NCBI GenBank assembly: GCA_041685355.1
Contig: JAWLFY010000005.1
Span: 5,269 to 69,268 of the forward strand
DNA from: Pirellulaceae bacterium
GTDB taxonomy: Bacteria > Planctomycetota > Planctomycetia > Pirellulales > Pirellulaceae
DNA length: 64,000 nucleotides
Direction: 5' to 3'
The notes beneath the pieces were generated by a model that saw only the letters and a list, made by a program, of their open reading frames with translations, ran no database searches and was not told the origin of the DNA. A program made the translations under genes and the position numbers. This document shows, piece by piece, positions 61,901 to 64,000 of the stretch; positions within the stretch are counted from its first letter, which is position 1; each line of letters opens with the position of its first letter.

Positions 61901-64000
61901 CGTCCCTTCAAATCGTTCGCGAAACGTCTCCGCTTCTGACGTTTTACCGGCCGCGACCAACTCGTCGTGAACCGCGGCGGCGATCATGCCGCCCTGTTGT
62001 CCGGTCATCAACTGGCCGCCCGCTTCATAGGCCCCGCGGACGAGAGCGATCTGTGATTCGTCGAGCGGTTCGGGCGGCTCGAGGTCGACGTTACCCCGAA
62101 GTTGGGCGGGCGGATTCCGTCGCATCATTCGCTGTTGCAACAGCTGAAAGACGATCAAATCCCGCTCGCTCTCGTCGACTTCGGCAATCCGCCACAGCCA
62201 CTTGAGCGTGTCTTGTTCGCCACCCGCGAATACGCTCGGACTACTCTGGTCGGGGCTGAACGCCGCCGCGATCGTCTTGGCCTGCATCGCGTCCCAAAGC
62301 TCGTCGGCATCCTGGGTCGTTTCCAGTTCGGATTCTTCGACGAGCGAACTGGCGAGCTCGTCGAGTTTGCCCTTTTGGGCGGCAACCGCAAACCGTGTGG
62401 CGAGTGCCAAGTACTTCGCCTCGCGGACGTTTGACACTTTCACGGCGCTGCCGGCACGCGAGGAAATCGAGTAGTTCGCCGAGGCGTACCGCCCGACACG
62501 AAACAGTTGGCCAAGCATGTAGACCTGCTGGGTCTGGTTGAGCCGTGAACTCGAATAGATTCGTTGCAACGAATTCGTCGTGTTCGAGGTCGCGGTGGGT
62601 TGACGTTTTCGGGATGGACTCGACTTGCTCATTTCGGAGGAGGTGTCACCCGCGAGCTCCAACGATTCGACGCGGGCGGCTTGCTCGAGTGCCTCGTCGG
62701 TTTCGCCCGCGACGACTAACAGGGCGGCCAACTTCGCCCGCACCTCCCATAAGTCGCGATGCTGATCGAGCGTCACTCGGCAGAACCGCACCGCCGCATC
62801 GGTATCCCCACGGCCGATCGTACGATCGATCAGTTCGATCATCGCGACCGGATCGTCGAGCGCACGGAATCGCTGCAGCGACGCCTCCGCCTGTTCGATC
62901 TGGCCGCTGTCGACCATCAAGGCAAGCAACCGGTTTCGGTTCTCCGGCGTATCGGCCAGCGAAACGAGCCGCTCTTGATACTCGAGCGCGAGTTCCGGCT
63001 CGGACGACACTTCCGCCAACGTCACCAGTTCGTTCAAGAGTTCCGGGTCGCGAGGGCTTTCGACCAATAGCGGCTCCAACGTTTGACGCGCGGATCCGAA
63101 ATCGTTCACGGCCCGGTGGGCGGCTGACCGGAGCACCACCGAGGACCGCGTTTGGGACGATTCCCGGCCGCGCAGCTCCAACCGGCTGATCAGCCGTTCG
63201 AAGTCGCCTTGTTGTTCGTAGAGCGGGGCCAGCGTCCCGACCCAACGTTTTTCGTCGTCGAGGTCACCGGCGTCGTCGAGCAATTCCCAGTAAATCTCGA
63301 TCGCCTCGTCGGTTTGAAACTGTCTCGCGAGCGCCCCGGCGAGGGCTTGTCGTGTGTCTCGGTGGCGGGGCGCGGCCCGTAGCGCGCGGCGGAGGGTTTC
63401 GATCCCTTCGTCATCGCGACCGACCTGGAAGCACTGGTCGGCGTACAAGCGGTACGACTCCGGGTTGCCCGGTTGGGCATCGATCAGTTCGGAGGCGGTC
63501 GCGAGCGCCTCGTCGATCTGGCCGAGCCGCATCTGCAGGCCTGCGATCCGCTTTAAATAATTCGGCAGGAAACGCGGGTCGCGTTCGGCGAGCGAACGGT
63601 AGACCTCGACCGCGTCACCCAGCCGGGCCCCCTTGCGGTAGAGTTCGGCCGCGACGGCAAGGGCCGAGGTGTCGTCCGGGTCCGCTTCGATCGCCGACTC
63701 GATCGCGGCGGTCGCGTCGCTGAGCCGCGCCGCGGCGTCGAACATCAACGCGAGCCGGCGGTAGTCGTTCGACGCGCCGCTCTCCTCGGCTTGCCGCTGG
63801 GCTTCCGTGATCTGCTCGTCGAGCGTGCCGCTGCCGGCGTAGACGCCGATCCGCGCCTGCAACACCTGCTCGCGTTCTTCCGGCGTTTCCGCCATTTCGT
63901 CGGACCGATCCAGTTGGTCGAGCGCCTCGTCGTAGCGCTGCGACCGCGCGAGCAAATCGGCGAAGCGGAGCCGTTGGGCGAAGGTCGGGTCGAGCTCGGC
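55970..64000 (-). CDS. Giant TPR-repeat protein (>2670 aa, N-terminus outside window) with beta-rich C-terminal domains
   Basis: A single open frame from the window edge to the stop at 55970. The N-terminal two-thirds is TPR-like ('YDEALDQL', 'EAIEIYWELL', 'DDAEKLFEQIAELQPNDP'). The C-terminal ~700 aa is non-repetitive and resembles the DUF1581/DUF1583-type ends of planctomycete giant proteins; that family assignment is from memory and tentative. Confidence 0.8.
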   Translation of the reverse strand, partial: AELDPTFAQRLRFADLLARSQRYDEALDQLDRSDEMAETPEEREQVLQARIGVYAGSGTLDEQITEAQRQAEESGASNDYRRLALMFDAAARLSDATAAIESAIEADPDDTSALAVAAELYRKGARLGDAVEVYRSLAERDPRFLPNYLKRIAGLQMRLGQIDEALATASELIDAQPGNPESYRLYADQCFQVGRDDEGIETLRRALRAAPRHRDTRQALAGALARQFQTDEAIEIYWELLDDAGDLDDEKRWVGTLAPLYEQQGDFERLISRLELRGRESSQTRSSVVLRSAAHRAVNDFGSARQTLEPLLVESPRDPELLNELVTLAEVSSEPELALEYQERLVSLADTPENRNRLLALMVDSGQIEQAEASLQRFRALDDPVAMIELIDRTIGRGDTDAAVRFCRVTLDQHRDLWEVRAKLAALLVVAGETDEALEQAARVESLELAGDTSSEMSKSSPSRKRQPTATSNTTNSLQRIYSSSRLNQTQQVYMLGQLFRVGRYASANYSISSRAGSAVKVSNVREAKYLALATRFAVAAQKGKLDELASSLVEESELETTQDADELWDAMQAKTIAAAFSPDQSSPSVFAGGEQDTLKWLWRIAEVDESERDLIVFQLLQQRMMRRNPPAQLRGNVDLEPPEPLDESQIALVRGAYEAGGQLMTGQQGGMIAAAVHDELVAAGKTSEAETFRERFEGTPESPDDAINAFAFFVAARQNDEVARLLKAARKSIPKWAESMTTAEIARLESVLNGVPSLDEIAAETRSDAIDLAIATQAVKQSRSATRRRSSSGNGELSVGYQVDGRYQRNQISVPFSDRLLASSFVQQLYVGTRFGEDSPERKRLLQHLSEDVHLFPADSQYADTERKLRTTLAAFARWWAGDLPAAYDRITAATARHPDDHDLWIEHARMAAELNRPQAALEALDAIEPLDQATLRVRELAAMNLATKLGRLERAKSAAQRLFGMRLDPATEIALADQLNRLGMQDMAKAILQRSQRRGGQSVSDLLQLAQRFLDAGESEAAAEVAYRTLRQAGGQSVSNSDYYRRQAVQLLQQVGRLDKLLAQAERRVEAAPNSPDLKTELAELYTAAGRRDDAEKLFEQIAELQPNDPKTLWEMAKRLNAAGQHAEAVDKFIAAIDKDPQLLQREYYEFERAVTSAKASDKAYQALAKVDVNQMPSHYLGQMVRLYRRESSTPSEAALAFLDHVLETAPLNSLGGVLRTVGHEKQLAESESVAKAVKRILSDDAAFRPGNRFWQGNSYGSGGNIGGPLAPCLQAIRARDDLAEFARRRLTELADDEDTRALANLLLFVVEFDSQEVDEAATRLAQLIEEDEQPLPYQMWWQLGQVLEKKSGFEPLAVLALEYAKENQDDSIRLSGYQYTIDAKLADVYVAAGEQDKARKQLLQGYEATDNSEQNQYNPGYGDYQDLRSYQAIADSLVKVDARLDAIRIYSETLAEPEKFERVKRWSSNYKFRPQFEQGLSKSIDGLKDTDFDRFLSLEDRNPSDGTEKADANQDADADAGGKGSSRPRFDLIPLTVSLQTPPERTSVAALVVSKSAESGEGRKRLRRFANELDQRRESFPDDRSLLAIETLVHVALKQDAAAAALRRLAESIPDAPDDLGQTERSAILSYYSPVAVALGSDDSAVRAEASRLADALVELANHEERTEISGYLLTAKFRSGDTDDPEAASAAMRAMLDNVAPAAETPAVVTVDTARNCLRVAETAGEAGAWDVVAEALRRGFGGGPPLRTLTESASSGSAFVIPTQSRSVGSSGNQPQENLDWVALEIATIVDASQKAEDPTAANQIYVALKEAVLPAVRPDEVFPYAVDLLTSSNTSNFPKPKTHPPSLSRLLATAAVASGNTAELSELLDDRRSRVAATYQIDLIRVHLAVTKDQEHATDQALRDLGKGLGVATPLDDSEPAVRSPAAAKDRSGQGDAKTTVNEVLHAVLPVHDRWGVTPVVAAIETYLLDEASRHKPISDAGAIWGWMVRQVLEEPGIDRTLAKQAMDRYLVSVQLHYSNYSGSYGIDRYNAEMASLGGSATKGKLWSMSGSLLRQGVRRAPGLQTSGDLVPKLAMQLANVDPEQRYTLLSRVVFGDSDDEPLLRSSNLVLYVDPPEAFASLFEGRTSPHEIPVASDKFPIAGLSLMIAEAAAECGRTNTLLRRLESHRETPGDEVEAMIGLALLADGRTDEAKTPLERVVERLKETMPTKNVETPIPVVSAMFAARCLSHATLRDAAVAAWEPLIDHSRRRSLSASASVFNRVIVDAGWTAAAGATVGSPLKHFVSVQLPYIHKPVAPMTEPIYVMRDGTLRFTGGSGQNALMLKYPLAGDFSFSHRNIRRGWGESHSQFGGTSYVVKPHNSTLTIRGLVTRSTVVLDQQATHIEKDNTLSLVVRGDKVVVDINGKEATVDRRTSSMPFVGVHFERYTISEAADIRLEGNPTIAREVDLIDEDLRGWSCPIIGGNLMPIALPLKSDQDPDQVQAQRQQNLQNVERFAWYGRDRELRSGNGGVSTATAGQRHIQYMRPLLDGETIRYEFFHEADKQETHPSVGRIGVLLRPDGVKLRWLPQRDSLESVELDPLNEVDPDERLGDGKPELRENDWNDVELTAEGDAVVVTVNGKPVARFATSLDRRFGLLGEADRSCRIRSIRLTGDWPKTLPGNLLEATE

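Overview
This is a high-GC chromosomal segment. Its gene content looks like Planctomycetota, probably Pirellulales: a PVC-type CxxCH heme protein, two DUF1080 proteins, a sulfatase, ECF sigma/Ser-Thr kinase pairs and a giant TPR protein. That taxonomic call is inference only. About 40 CDS are supportable, plus one tRNA-Ser(CGA).

Two secretion-related modules stand out.

(1) A compact type VI secretion locus at 16.0-26.4 kb. tssA-tssB-tssC-hcp-tssE-tssF-tssG lie on the + strand. tssL and a short tssM-like gene are transcribed divergently on the - strand. The TssM-like protein has no periplasmic domain and a degenerate P-loop. No tssJ, tssK, clpV, vgrG or PAAR gene is recognisable anywhere in the 64 kb.

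(2) A type VII-like module on the - strand at 43.4-49.4 kb. It encodes a 1348-aa EssC/EccC-like FtsK/SpoIIIE protein with three tandem ATPase-like domains, of which only the middle one keeps Walker A/B. Upstream of it lie a 97-aa WXG100-like helical protein (W-x-D variant) and a 527-aa HEAT-like cytoplasmic protein.

The remaining genes are ordinary: uspA-like, fcl, gmd, Gfo/Idh/MocA, SDR, hflX, uvrC, qor-like, thioredoxin-like, glgP, sulfatase and an EEP phosphatase, plus regulatory genes (two ECF sigmas, an anti-sigma factor, two Ser/Thr kinases).

The window is also unusually rich in short perfect tandem repeats of 11-25 bp. They occur in intergenic regions and in frame inside genes. One nested inverted-repeat/tandem-duplication element of about 390 bp is also present.

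Most long ORFs antisense to the called genes are high-GC shadow ORFs and were rejected.
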